The position numbers and the translations under genes were made by a program. Below, piece by piece: positions 26,001 to 38,600 of a DNA stretch of 64,000 bases. This stretch comes from Paraspadella gotoi (lineage: Eukaryota; Animalia; Chaetognatha). Every line of letters begins with the position of its first letter. The stretch's first letter is position 1. The stretch covers positions 28,239,181 to 28,303,180 of the forward strand of contig CM119264.1 of NCBI GenBank assembly GCA_051294375.1. The letters are read 5' to 3'. The notes below the pieces were generated by a model that did not search any database, had not been told where the DNA came from, and saw nothing but the letters and a program-made list of their open reading frames with translations.

Positions 26001-28307
26001 AAATGATTACAAGAAAACTAGAAACAAATTAGGTTCGTACTTCAGTCAATTATACTAATGTTATCAGCTTCTTATAAGAATCAAAAGCTTACCGGGATAT
26101 TCGATATGTTGTTGCCTTCAATATTAAACTCGCACAAGTTTATGCAATTACTAAAAGACTTAGGAATGGTAGTTAATCGGTTATAACGCAATCCTAATCT
26201 CTGAACAACATTGAGGTGTCCAATACTTTCGGGTATATCGACCTAAACACAATTCGAAATTCATTTATAATCAAAATTAAAAAGACTTGATGACTTATTC
26301 ATAAAAGATAATATTTTAGCTTACCAACTCGTTATGTTGTAAGTCAAGTGAGTTGAGTTTGACGCAGTTCCCGATTGATTCGGGTAAGTGCTTCAAATGA
26401 TTGTGAGAGACATCGCAAGACATAAGACGTGTCAAACGTCCAATTCCGGACGGTAGTTCTGAAATCTTGTTTTCACGCAACGATAACGCAGTAATAAACT
26501 AAACGGAACGGAACGAAACGAAAATCATAATTCATTCGACTGAAAAACAAATATTACTCGATCATTAGAGCTAGGTTTACCTTTAGATTGGAGATATCTT
26601 CATCTATGACTCTGATACGATTAAAGCGCAAAAACAAATGAGTAAGAGCGGTGAGTTTGTAGATAACAGGGGGCACTTCCACTAATTTGTTGTGTCTAAG
26701 GTCAAGAAATGTCAGCGTTCCTTTCAACGATTCCATTGAATCCGGCAATGTTGTTAAATTGTTCTCTTGCAGCGCGAGAGACTGATTGAATTAAAAACAA
26801 AATAAGGGTCTTGATTTTAACTTTGTCTAAAGTCTCAAAAACTAACCAAATTTTTTATTTATATTACCCGAAGATTCGATAAACAGCTGATTTCTTGTGG
26901 GAGACTTTGTAATTTATTTCCATACAAGTAGAATTCTTGAAGATTAGTAAGTTCCTTGACTGAAGGTGGCAGAGTGGATATTTGGGATCGACTGAGGTCA
27001 AATCGGACGATTCCCTCTTCGCGAGCCTTGATAATTTCTTTAGTGACATCCTACAAAATTCATTTTTATATTTGAAAACATTGTTGAAATTCATACGAAT
27101 AAAAATGAGACAATACTTTAAATAATATTTTGTCTTTAATGATAAAAATTAGTTCACACCATAAGACTTTTAGCCTGATGTATAATGAAAACGAGACCTA
27201 ACGTATTCATCAGACAGTGAATTGTTACCAAATCGGCTTGTTGCGGCGGTTTTTTCTTAGAGGTTGGTTTTGACTTGTTGTGACCAGGTTCTATGACATT
27301 AACTTGCTTCGGCCTTGGATCTGCAACACCAGAGGAACCAGCAAATTGTCCAGCTCCGATCGCAACAGCAACGTTTCCTCCTAAGTAAATATACAGCTAT
27401 AAAAAAATGAACAAATATCCTTATGAAAGCATTTCGATACCTGGAGCCGTTGTACAAGTATATGGACGCTGCATGGATGTCAGAAGAGTTCCTTGAGGAG
27501 GGAGGGAGGCTGATTGTGAACGAGAAGGTCGGTGATGCGAAGCGTAGGAGCCTGAGATTTAGATATGAAAACCTAAATACTGAAATCTAACCATTTTGTA
27601 ATTAATTACTTATTAGTTGCGCCGAGAGTACTCGCGGAACAAATAAGTCACTTTTCGGTCGGTCTGTCGGTCCCTCTTTATGTCTGTCCGTCGGTCTGTC
27701 CCACTTAAATTAAAAATTCATATAATTTGCCTATAGTTGGTTGCTCATTTGTTAAGCCAGAAAAAAATTCAAATCTGAGGGACTCCTCACGCCGCATTTA
27801 GGAATTCCTAAAACTGAAAAGAATAAAAGATGGAATTTTGATGCAGTGCATATCATAAATACACGGGCAAAAAAAGTTTTTTAGTCATGTCATATCATGT
27901 GATCAAAGCGAAATACTCGTGAAAATAAAATCACTGAAGCGCAACACATTGGAATTACCATTCTTGTTATATATTACACTCATAAAATTATCATAATGTC
28001 CCAAATGAAAGCAAGTATTCAGATTACCCAAGGACAAAGCCTCTGCTCCCGTGCTTAAATCCGCAAGTTGATCTGGGGACAAGCTACCAGCTGGAGACTC
28101 CATTTCCGGCGATGAACCAGAAGTAGTCCCGCCTCCTGTTGAACCACCAGACCCCCCACTTCCGCCCCCACTCCCGGATCCCAGCACAAAGTGATGATGT
28201 TCGTGTTGTCCTAATTCAACGGTTAGAAAGTTGTCAAAAATGAGAAAAGACAAAGAAAAATAATAGGAACTTTCCATTGTTTGACAATCACCTTGTTGGG
28301 GCTGCAT
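23050..28307 (-). CDS. SHOC2: Leucine-rich repeat protein SHOC-2 / Sur-8
   Basis: Exons 28307-28292 (start uncertain), 28210-28028, 27551-27441, 27380-27229, 27050-26868, 26781-26581, 26498-26325, 26242-26093, 25884-25795, 25585-25456 ([31 protein letters not shown]), 25368-25274, 25181-25064, 24996-24859, 24728-24559 ([17 protein letters not shown]), 23085-23050 ([11 protein letters not shown]). Closely matches the SHOC2 LRRs and C-terminus. Confidence 0.96.
23346..23433 (+). promoter_or_regulatory. MRE + TATA + Inr promoter of the nested peptide gene
   Basis: TGCACTCGGCGC at 23349-23360 matches the MRE core TGCRCNC plus GC-rich flank; an overlapping TGCACGC lies on the - strand. TATAAAAG at 23403-23410; Inr-like TCATTC at 23428-23433. 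Confidence 0.65.
23617..23757 (+). CDS. 46-aa Cys/His/Asp-rich metallothionein-like peptide, antisense in a SHOC2 intron
   Basis: [49 protein letters not shown]-free exon 1 (~23430-23532), intron AAG|GTAATT...TTTTAG|ATG (23533-23616), AATAAA at 23841. Confidence 0.72.
   Translation: MSDPKCKDGDHDGSTKGHCKESDKTGERCDDQKTDGHCHHQPCEDH
24011..24059 (-). other. Candidate 49-nt SHOC2 cassette exon ([16 protein letters not shown])
   Basis: AG|TTTTTAAAGATG...ACAG|GTTAGT. It starts with the same FLKM as the terminal exon. The acceptor pyrimidine tract is weak. Confidence 0.5.
24271..24517. mobile_element. Foldback (inverted pseudo-LTR-like) Penelope-type relic with hammerhead motif
   Basis: Near-perfect palindrome at 24301-24470. 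The + strand centre reads TTGATGA-A-GACTCTA(ATTG)TAGAGTC-GAAA-CATGTC (24382-24417), the same family as 13602. Confidence 0.65.
27610..27820 (+). mobile_element. Helentron/DINE-1-like non-autonomous element (tentative)
   Basis: (GTCY)n-like tract GTCGGTCTGTCGGTCC..GTCTGTCCGTCGGTCTGTCC and a 3' hairpin TTTAGGAATTCCTAAA; a similar tract lies at ~62100. Confidence 0.4.
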
Positions 28308-29339
28308 TTGGTTGGTAAAATTCAAATTGTTTTTCTTTATTTTCTTTTTGAACTACATATCTTTCATTTTAATGCGTCGCCGAAGTTTAAACCTTGAAAA
28401 ACCAATATGATAGATAAAGAATGAATTGATGATCTTCCTAGGAACGTCGTCGAATCTCCATTTAAAAGAAGGCTGGGAATAAGAGCGCTCAACGGTTAAG
28501 AGCGCCTTTAGTTGCTGCTCTTTTGTTTTTAACGAGCTTAATAACCGGGAAATATAACTATTATTATAACTATATTACAATAATTAATAATCCACTAACA
28601 AGGCAATTGGAAATATAAATTAATTAAAAGTAAAATAAAAACATTAACTTTTACGAGGATTATTCTCAATTATTTCGCTTTTTTTCGGCAGACTCTGCGA
28701 TATCATTTTAAAATTGAGCCAACCAAGAACCAAGGAAAAGACCTAACTGATAACATAGTGGGGGAAACTATTTTTTATGACACACTTCATGCACTATCGC
28801 GAATAGGTTTTTCTCAAAAAGTATATAAGGAATAACTTTATTCTCATATTTTCTCATTTTATCTACGAGCAAAATTAATAATAAATAATTAAATAAATAA
28901 ATTAATTATTAATAAATAATCGGCATTTTCTGAAAGGAAAAAGAAAAACAATAATATTACACACTGTGTTGAAATGGATGTTAACTTAAGCGATTGTATG
29001 GTCATTGGTCAACATTAAGTCGGCATTAGTCTCCAGATGGCTGCGTCATGCTGCTCCGCAGGTTCGTGACGCTTCGTCGCCTCTGCGGTGTGCTCTTCTC
29101 TTCTGCTGCGTGCGGAGGAGCTGCTTCTCGAGATTCCTCCGTCGCTGCTGCTGACGCCGCTGACGCCGCCGCCGTCTGTCTCGAGCATTTCTCCTTCTTC
29201 TCTCTCTTCTTCTATCGCTGCTTCTTTTTTATTCCTTCTTCTTCTTCTTCCGCTTCTTCTTCTTTATCTTTCAAGCTGCTCGCCGCTGTGGTAAGAACTG
29301 TGTTGGAGGGTGGATGGACCGCGGATGAATATATGACCT

Positions 29340-29679
29340 ACAGGAGCTAAATTTATTAATTTTCACTCGCCCGTACATTTTTGTGAACCGGAATCTCTAG
29401 TTTTTTTACTATTGAACTATTACTACACTTATCGTTTTCAGTTAATGGTAATACTGGTCACTGTTTACTTTTTTTGCGCCGTCAAGGATCTACTTTATTT
29501 CAGTTTTTCACATTGGTGCTCAACCTCTTCTGCCATATCCCGGATCAACAACCATGGAATGTGACAGTGTCATGATTGTTACCTGAGGATTTATAGACCA
29601 AAAAAACTAGACTGTTGGAAGAGGAACCCATGAAGGCTTTGTTAACCTTATATACATCGTACTTGGCTTCACTGAAAAC
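29340..29679. promoter_or_regulatory. Probable bidirectional promoter region between SHOC2 and WAC
   Basis: The genes diverge. WAC ATG is at 29680; a GC-rich - strand segment with an acceptor near 29337 is probably a SHOC2 5'UTR exon. Confidence 0.45.
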
Positions 29680-32600
29680 ATGCATCCGAGAAAATTTTCG
29701 CGTATAGCCGAAGATGGGTGAGTATTAATGGACGCCATTTCGTGTCCAAGCAACAAAATCGAAATATTAACGTTTTTCTATTTATTCAGGTTGTATGAAA
29801 GAAATCCAAGACCCTATCAGGTAATTCTTTGATAACGGTGTGAAGCAGGTAAGGAGGTAAGTTAAGATTATATAACGCGCTACTATATTCGCAGGACAGT
29901 TTTTGTTATTTGTTATTCACGATTGATACTCCCTTTTTAAACATCTTGTGCTAAAAAGCTTAAATAGCAATGACACTAATAATACTTAACTGGAATGCAT
30001 AATTAGGAAAAAATATACTTAGCGAAGGCAATATAACAAGCTTTCATAAAATGGTATGCGTTCTGATATATAACATATATATATACATAACTGTATATAA
30101 CATTGACTTTTCGTGCCTATTTAGTAATAGTGGTTTGCGGTTTATTTTAAGTTTTTCAAAATTTTATCCTTTATGAAATAGATATTGCTTAACAATCTTA
30201 TCTTTTTTGACATTTGGTATTGGCATTTACGGTACTCATTTATTGCAATGGCGATCGTTAGTAATTGCTATGGCTGAATAAAACTGAAATTAGTCTTTTT
30301 TGATCGAAACCGCCGTTCACGTCAGTATTAACCTTATTAAATATAAAATGATCAAATCTTACGTCTATAATTTTCAATCCTTTTTCCGGTCGGAAAGAGA
30401 CGAATCTGGACAGACAATGTGTAAAGATATATTCCTCTTCACGCCCATGGAAAGATGCGTCGTCCGTTCCTTGCAAGCTTAACATAGGCTTTGTCTGAAT
30501 ATTTAGTTGGATCTCAAGGAATTTCGTGAATGAAGAATAGCGATGAAGATTTTTAAGTTTTAATGTCAATTATCCAGAAAAACCCGTAAAACTCGGGTTG
30601 AGAAAAGGCAACACCATTACAGGTTTCAAAACGAACTGAAGTTTATCATGAGGCTCGTCAAAATTACGAGAAGACAGAAAAAAGACTGGTCAAATACTAA
30701 ACGAGGTCGGTGAAACGATGTTGACCTAAAACAGAGCGAGCGAGGAAAAATACAGGGCACGGTTTAATTTTTCCTGACATTGCTTCTCAACAACTCGATC
30801 GAAAAAAAAACCAAATTTTTGTTGAATCTTTTGAAATTGGTACATCCAATATAAAATTATCCATTCATTTAATAAATAAGTTACCTTGCCCCTGACTTTG
30901 GACAGGCTTTGGTGGTTTAAGGCCTCCATCTCTCTTACAGAGCACCTGGCTTTTCTATCAAAGAAGTGGTATATAATATTTCAATGAACGTTTTCTCTAT
31001 TGAGCCAAGTAGGGAGCCGGATATCTTACTTTTTAAGTTATTTTCTATTTTTTAATTTTTAAATATTTTTATCAATTCTGTTTATCAAATACGTAAATAA
31101 ATATGAATAATAAAGTAATCTACGTAGAATAATCGTGTTAAATAGGCTTCTTTTTCCTCTTTTTATTTTATTCTATTATTTTCCTAGTTTACAAAGTAGG
31201 AGTTTTATTTACTTTTAGAACAACGTTAATTTTAATTATCGTACATGTTTCGGTTTTCGTTGCAAACCATCGTTACCACTATTATTTTCCTCAATTTTTT
31301 CTTCTTTTTTTTTTAACCCGTACCCTTTTTAGTATTTTTAGTTTAAATATTTCTGCCAGGTTTTAACGAAATTTGAATTAACGACGTCAAATAATTTGTA
31401 AATTTTACGTTACGATTACTTAATATTTATTTAGGAAGTTGAAATTATTGTCAGCTTCCGCCTGTTTCCACTAATCTTAACAAATAATCTTGTTGGCCAT
31501 TTAGGTTTCCAGCAAAAACTATCCGAAAGACAGAGGATACGAGAGGAGCGATCGAGATCATTCGCCCGTTTCTCTGGAGCGCGGAAGGGAACGAGACATG
31601 ATGCGCGAAAGAGAAAGAGACAGAGATGGGCGCGATAGATATTATCCCAGAGCGAGCCCGGAAAGGAGTGGATCTTATAAATACAGGTGACTATAACTAG
31701 ATATATACTATGAAGGGGCGGAAGTTCAAAACTTTAAAGTCTACTAACTTTTAATAATTCTTACGTTTTCTTGGTCAAAATTAAGAACTAGTAATAAAAT
31801 TATCGAAAGATGTTTATTAATGGTTTTTATTATTTTTCACCCACTTATGATCAAAATATTAATAAAATAATACTTATACTTTGTAGACAACCTTTTGCAA
31901 GCTACCTCAATCTGATCTTAAAAATAAAAAACTGAAAAAAATTAGTAGCCTTTCCCATCTATAAATAAATATTAAAACATTAATATATGGCATTTCGAGT
32001 AATATTGAAATTTTTTTGAGGGCTACTTTTAACATTCGCCGAACGGGGTTAAGGAGGGGTTAGGAACTTAGGGTAAAGGGAAATTTAAGGGTGGTTTCGG
32101 GTAAGGGGTGGTTAGGGTTAGGAGGGTTTAGGGTTAGGGTAATTGGGTAATTTTTCTTTAATTTTTTTTATAAAAAAATATTTTTAAATGATTTTTCAAA
32201 ATCCGCCATCCGCGGTCGGCGAAAGTGAAATTTAGCTTTTATTGCCTATTCAATTTTTTTTCAAAATGTCAAAATTTTCGTTTGAGCAGGTGCTCAATTC
32301 AAATTTCTTAACCGCCTTACGGAGTTAGGCTACCCCTACTATAACTTGGTACCCAACTCGTTCTACTTAACGTTTTACTTAGTCCAACAATCCTTTTTTC
32401 AGTCGTAGTTCCAGCAGCAGAAACGATTTTATGGAATATCGCGGAATGGAACGCGAACGCGATAGAGATAGAGAGCGAGAACGAGAACGGGAGCGAGAGC
32501 GAGAGAGGGAACGCGAACGAGAACGCGATCGCGACAGGATGGAGCGGAGCAGTAGAGCGGTAGATAGACTCGACATTCCCGGAGGCAATGGACGAAGCGC

Positions 32601-35600
32601 GGCCCCGAGGAGCAAAGATTATTTAAGAGGTAAGTTTCATATCTTTTAGACTCCATTGGCTGAATTTTATATCTCATTCTAAAAATGATATTAAACAAAC
32701 GAACGAAAGGTTCACCTCACGATCATTCCTCCCATCGCGCGTCGGCTTCGAGCTCGACCTTGGCGTCGACGGTCGTTCAACGCGGACGAGAGCCCGCCGC
32801 GTCAAGCGTCACCCCTTCTTCTTCGCATAGAGTATCTGGTGAGAAATGGATGCCCGTCTTTAAGTCGCTAAATTAGGTTGTACTTAATTTTAATAAATAG
32901 AAAATGTGCTAAGGAATTTTTTCAATTTTCTCAACCGTAAAAGGAAGCTAACAACCACAAATCAGGCGCTGAATTTAACTGAAATAAATTGTTTTACCAT
33001 TTGTTTTACCATTTGTTTTGTAATTCTTTTGGGCAAAATGATTCGACGAGATTCATTTGCGTTTATAATGCAATTCATGCCAAACCCAACCAATTATTAA
33101 TAGGCACTGGCGGCGGTTATGTGGCCGCTTTAACTTGTAATTCCAATCGGGCCACCGAGGCTGTTCCCGGGGGGTCAGGCGGCGCGGTCTCCGGCGCCAC
33201 CGCCGACGTCCCGAAGAAGGCCCTCCGGGTGAGCGGTGATTGGAGCGAATATATCAGCTCATCCGGCAAGAAGTACTACTACAATTGCAAAACTGAAGTG
33301 TCTCAGTGGGAAAAGCCCAAAGACTGGATTTCTCCGTTGATTCAGCCCGCCGACACCAGAGGTTCGTTCAAAATAGGTTCTGTTCTTCCTCGTTTCCACC
33401 GTATGTCAATCTCCTTTGGAGAGCGAGTTGTGCAAGCTACAGAATTTACAAGCGTAATGACGAGAATCATTTAAAGAGAAGGGAGAAACTAAAAGACGAA
33501 AAATAACGTGGCAAAAATCGGGTAATAATTTTTACGGGGTCGGGTATTTTCGGACGGGTATGACCGATTTTGTCGAGGTGGTTGTAGCGGTTGTTGTATC
33601 TTTATTATCTTTATTTTCTTCCTTTCAGAAATACCTCCAGATGGTGGATCGCTGGGCAAGTCCCACGGTAAAACGTCAGAAATCGAAAGGAGAGGTAATT
33701 TTACATTTTTTTCAAAACACAGAAAACTGGGTGAAAAGACAAAAAAGGTTTTTTTAAAAAATTGTGGGTTAATTTTACTTTCCCCGATCGGGGTAAGGGG
33801 GAGGCTAGGGGTGGTTTAGGGTTAGAAGGTAAGTTTTACTTTCATTAACCGTTTTTTTGGCGTCTTTTGAAAAACCACTTAAAATGTTTATTTTGAGAAA
33901 AAAAATGATTACCTATTACCTAATTACTCTAAACCCTTTTAACCCTAACCACCCATAACCCTAAACCATATCTAAACTACCCTTAACCCTAACCCAGGTT
34001 GGCGAAAGTAAAATTAACCCGGATTAGGGTTAAGAGGGGTTAGGGTAATTAGATAATAATTGTTTTTATTTTGTTTTAATTAAATATTTTTAAGTGGTTT
34101 TTCAAAAGTAGTTTTTTAAAAGACAACCAAAACCCCGGTCGGGGAAAGTAAAATTTTAACAAAATTGTTTTGGCTGGAGTCGAGTAAATTTAACCAGTCC
34201 TGAATTAAATCCCTGAGCTTTTGATTAAGCTGTAGCACAATGCTACAGGCAGATTAACCGGTCCGTTTTGATTAAGCTGTAGCACAATGCTACAGGCAGA
34301 TTAACCGGTCCGTTTTGATAAAGCTGTAGCACAATGCTGCAGGCAGATTAACCGGTCCGTTTTGATAAAGCTGTAGCACAATGCTGCAGGCAGATTAACC
34401 GGTCCGTTTTGATAAAGCTGTAGCACAATGCTGCAGGCAGATTAACCGGTCCGTTCTTCCTACAGTTAATTGCTAACCCATCGTCTTTGGGTTGGAAGGC
34501 AAATGATTTGCCCTCATCTCCAATGAGCGATGTGTAAACGCTTTCTGGATTCCCCCTTCGTTTTTTTTTTTTCGGCAGCCACTCGTTTCATCTATGACTA
34601 ATAGCATAAGAGAAGCTGAAATTCTTTTTCTGTACTGTAGTTATTAATTTATAAACCATCTTCATTTTAAATTTTTTCCAGCTGCTGCCTCTGGAGGAAA
34701 GTTTTTGTCTTCCTCCATCGGCAATCATCGTGGACGTGAAGAGTCCACTCATGCACGTGAGGCCCGCCCGGGAACCGCGCCCGGTGGCGATCGTGTCCCG
34801 GATCGCGGGGGAGACCGAGGAGGCGACTCCCACGTGCGAGTCGACCCGTACTCCACCCGCGAATCGAGGCCGCGTTATTCGAGTCGCGAGCCTTCGCCCT
34901 CTGCCGGATCTAGATACGCATCGTCTCGTGACAGAGATAAAGAAGGACGCGACGCCGGTCACACAAGTAATAAAAATGTATTGAGTTGTGTCTTTGGTGT
35001 ATGGTCGGGTTCTTGCAGAGTAAAGATACTCTTGAGCAAAAGGTAAATTTCCTTAAAGTAAAGTAGGCGAACGTAAATTAACGCTGTTAGCGAACGTTTC
35101 CTTCCACTTCCTTTTTTTACCACCATTCATCTCCCTGCTTCTCAGTAGTATATTCGTACGGGTCTCTTCCTCTTCATATATATGTATTTATGTAGTCAGA
35201 GATTGCGAAAAGTTCACCCCGCATATAATCATGAAACCTTTAGTCGTGGCCCTTCAGGATAGGGGCCTGGAAAACCATTAGGCCTGGTTCCAAGCCCATT
35301 GCTGATGAGGGGGCTTAGAAGATACGGATAGTAGTCATCAGACCACTAAGCGCCTTATCCATATACGATTATACGTATATTATTTTCCCTCTCCTCCCGT
35401 ATTCTTTATCCGTAATTACGAGGCTTTAGGAGATATTTCATGGATCCGTCATCGTCCTTCAGGGACTAGTTTTTCTACATTATTTGTCTAAGATGGTGAA
35501 AATTATCTGTATAAACTGGAATAATAATACTTTATACAGGAAGTTCCAGCCCTTTTCGGAAAATTTTTAAAAAAGTTTGAATGGGTAAATATTATTGTAA

Positions 35601-38600
35601 TATAATAAAAATTGGTACAAAAGTAAAAAATTGTCTAAGCAATACAATGCATTCAAAAAATCCACCCTCGGCAGTGATGATCTTCTGCAAGCATCCCACT
35701 TAATGCGTCGCTCGCTTTTGCGACCGTACCCAGTGGAAAAGCCCGGATTCATAAGACTATCCCTACTTTCAGGAGGTGGTCAGTTATGTTGGAGGCAAGT
35801 TTCACTTCTGGCTTGACTACCTCCCATTCTTAATACTCAAGTGTATTACCGTCTGGAGAACAGAAGGGCGACAAGTCTGGTCTCGTCGTTTTTCTCAAAA
35901 TTTTTGCTAAAAAATTTTTAATTTTTATTAATTAAGAAAGGGCGCGGAAAAATTAGACGTGTGATGGAAAAAGGGTAAATAAAGACAGATACTGGACGAC
36001 TTTCTTGTCATATTGGGTATCGATTAAAAGACAGAAGTGCCCAGTTTCTTCACACCGCCTACATCCAGCAACGTTGTGCCAATTCCATTTGCTCAGATGG
36101 GGAACGCTCCATCCCAAGCGTTACGTTCTATCCAAAATCCTTTCGACTTCCCTCTGCGTTGGTAACGCGAGACCGTCCTAGGGTAACCGCGCAAGTGGTG
36201 CCACCGAGGGTCGGAAGCACCTGAAGCCAACAGTGAGATGCTTCATCCCAGTGGGCATCTCAGGCAACCAGTCTGTTGCTATAACCTAAACGTTTTCCGA
36301 ATAGTGTTGGACCTCCCGGTATAAAGTTTCATGGCGGGGAATAATATTATATTATATTGGTTGTACCAATTTCATATCGTACTCAGCACCAGCAGTCTGG
36401 AATAATGTGCTAAATAGTAAAAGAATCCCTTCATCTCAAATTTTTCCAGATCGACACGGAGACATTCGCGATCATCGCGAAGTTGTCCCCCGTGACTCGT
36501 CCTCCCTTCGTCCTCCGGCGATCGAGGCCGTCAAATCCTCCAAGGAGAGTTCGCAGGCAGGAAGAGCGCCGCCCAACGCCCCTCCTTATCGTCCTGGCGC
36601 CAAAAGGCCCGCGGCCACTTCGCCAACCGGTGAGTCGATACGATAAGCTTAGTCTGTTAGATCCAAAGACTTGAGATAACTGAGTTCAAGTTTAGTGAAT
36701 GTGACGTGAAGTCGGAATATCGGCGAATTGGGTTCTATGAGTTTCACGAAACTTTCCTTTAAAATAAACATTTTTTTCAATTTGAATGTTATTACATATG
36801 TTAAAGATATTTGTTGCCTCGTTTTAGGGTTTTAGTTCTGATACTAAACTTGCAAAAATAAAATTAAGATTGGTTAGTATGAAATTCATTTTTTGTATAT
36901 ATTGTATAAAAATCATGTACAGAAGAAAGTGTTAGTTGAAAAAATAGAAAAAGCCAACGTCACCGATTACCTTTCTCATATGCTGGTCCTTTGTCAGGTA
37001 AAGAACGAAGCACCACGCCAGACCGCATCTCTCGATTTCCTTCTCGCTCCTCGAGAGACGTCGACGCCAACCCAACAAGATCCCGCAACCCGACCCGCCC
37101 TCGCGTTGAGGGTGGGCGTGGCGATGCCCCTCGACCGGCGGTAGCTTCCATCGTCGCCCCTGCTTCCGGGGATCACGGAGAGTCTTCTCGAGGTCGCGAT
37201 GGCCACGCTCCTGGAAACAGGTTTGAAAATATTCTGTGAGGATTAAACATTTCATAGCTAATGTTCAATTATATTCTTTCAACTCGAGGAATTTTTCGAA
37301 AGTAAATTAGAATTTCTTGAATGTACTATTTAAATTATAAAGTTATATGACAACGGGGAGACATGTGTGATGCCTAGGGTGTGAGGCATCTCTCGACAGC
37401 TGGCGCTCAGGGCTTTTGACCTGCAATGATCACCCCATGTCATTGGCGTGTTTATGCCGACACCATCACACTAACCAGCGTGACCGTGAGGGGACGAGCT
37501 TAATTTCACCAAGCTATACGAGAGACGAATTTAGGATTCACCAGTGTCTTGTTAAAACTAAATCATTTTTGACACAGCCCTTTGGTTCGACCTGTGGATG
37601 GATCGCTTTCGCATTCGTCACACGTAACGTCTATCACGCACGTTCACGGTCACCGCGATTTCCGCGAGCGTGACAAAGACGCGAGTCACGGGGAATCGCG
37701 TCGTCTCCCAGAGTCCTCTCGCCACGGCAAAGTCCATCAAGACCCCGGCGTTCCGGCGCCCCACGCCCTGCCCGCCGTCAGCGACGCCCATATCCTGTCC
37801 CAAGTCTTGCACCACATTTCCTCGTCGTCGTCTCAGTCCAGCGCTAACGTGCTCACGACAGCGACCAGCGGTCTCGCGGGGTCACAAGATGCTTCTCAAG
37901 TGTCTCAGGCTTTGCAGACGTTGCAACAAGCGCTGATCCTGGCTAAAAGTAAGAGCAACACTCCCACGGACGCACATCCGTTGTCGTCGTCGAGCCACAA
38001 TCACTCCTCACGACACGGATCGACGGCCACGCCCACTCGGATGAGTCCCGCAGTCGTCGGATCCGACGACCGCCTGAAGGGGCACCCTCCGCCGCCCCCG
38101 CCGCCGCCACATCAACCGCCGCCTCCTCCGTCGAGTCAGGCGTCTGCACAGCCGCATCCGCCGACGAGTCAACACGGCGTCAGTTCTACCGTGAGTCCAA
38201 GTTTGGTCAATTTGGCGAATGGTTTTCCGATTCTCGATATAACATTTCTCCTTCGAATATTTTTTGATCTAACATTTATCGATCTAAGTTTTCTTAGTCT
38301 TCTTTCTAACATTCTTGAATATGCATTAGTCATGTAGTCGGGCATTGCCTAAATTCACCTCGCCTATAAGCATGACACTTTCAGTTGTGACCCGGTGGCT
38401 CATTGAGTACAGCCATCAGCTCATGACCACTAGGTACTTGGTTCAATCCCAACCCGGTACCTACCCTGCGGGAAGCGTGTGGACGGCTGTAAACCGCCCT
38501 GGGGGCGTGGAAAACCATCAAGCCTGGTTCCCAGCCCAGGACCCGTTCCATGGCTGCAAGAGGGGTTAAAGAAGTTGCGGAGAGTCATCTTCAGCCCACT

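Noticed and set aside
30258-30725. Nested antisense gene in WAC intron 2 (103-aa ORF, acceptor near 30725)
   Set aside because: No recognisable domain and no coherent promoter or exon chain.
34220-34454. CRISPR-like array of palindromic repeats
   Set aside because: Units are contiguous with no unique spacers, there are no cas genes, and it sits in a eukaryotic intron inside a SINE.
35661-36215. Large structured ncRNA (box C GTGATGA, long-range stem, hairpin 35772-35824)
   Set aside because: Explained as subterminal inverted repeats and interior of a TA-flanked TIR element; no suitably placed box D.
37377-37440. Resemblance to the 7SK 5' end
   Set aside because: No paired GATC/GATC stem, and the family's upstream motif points to the opposite strand.
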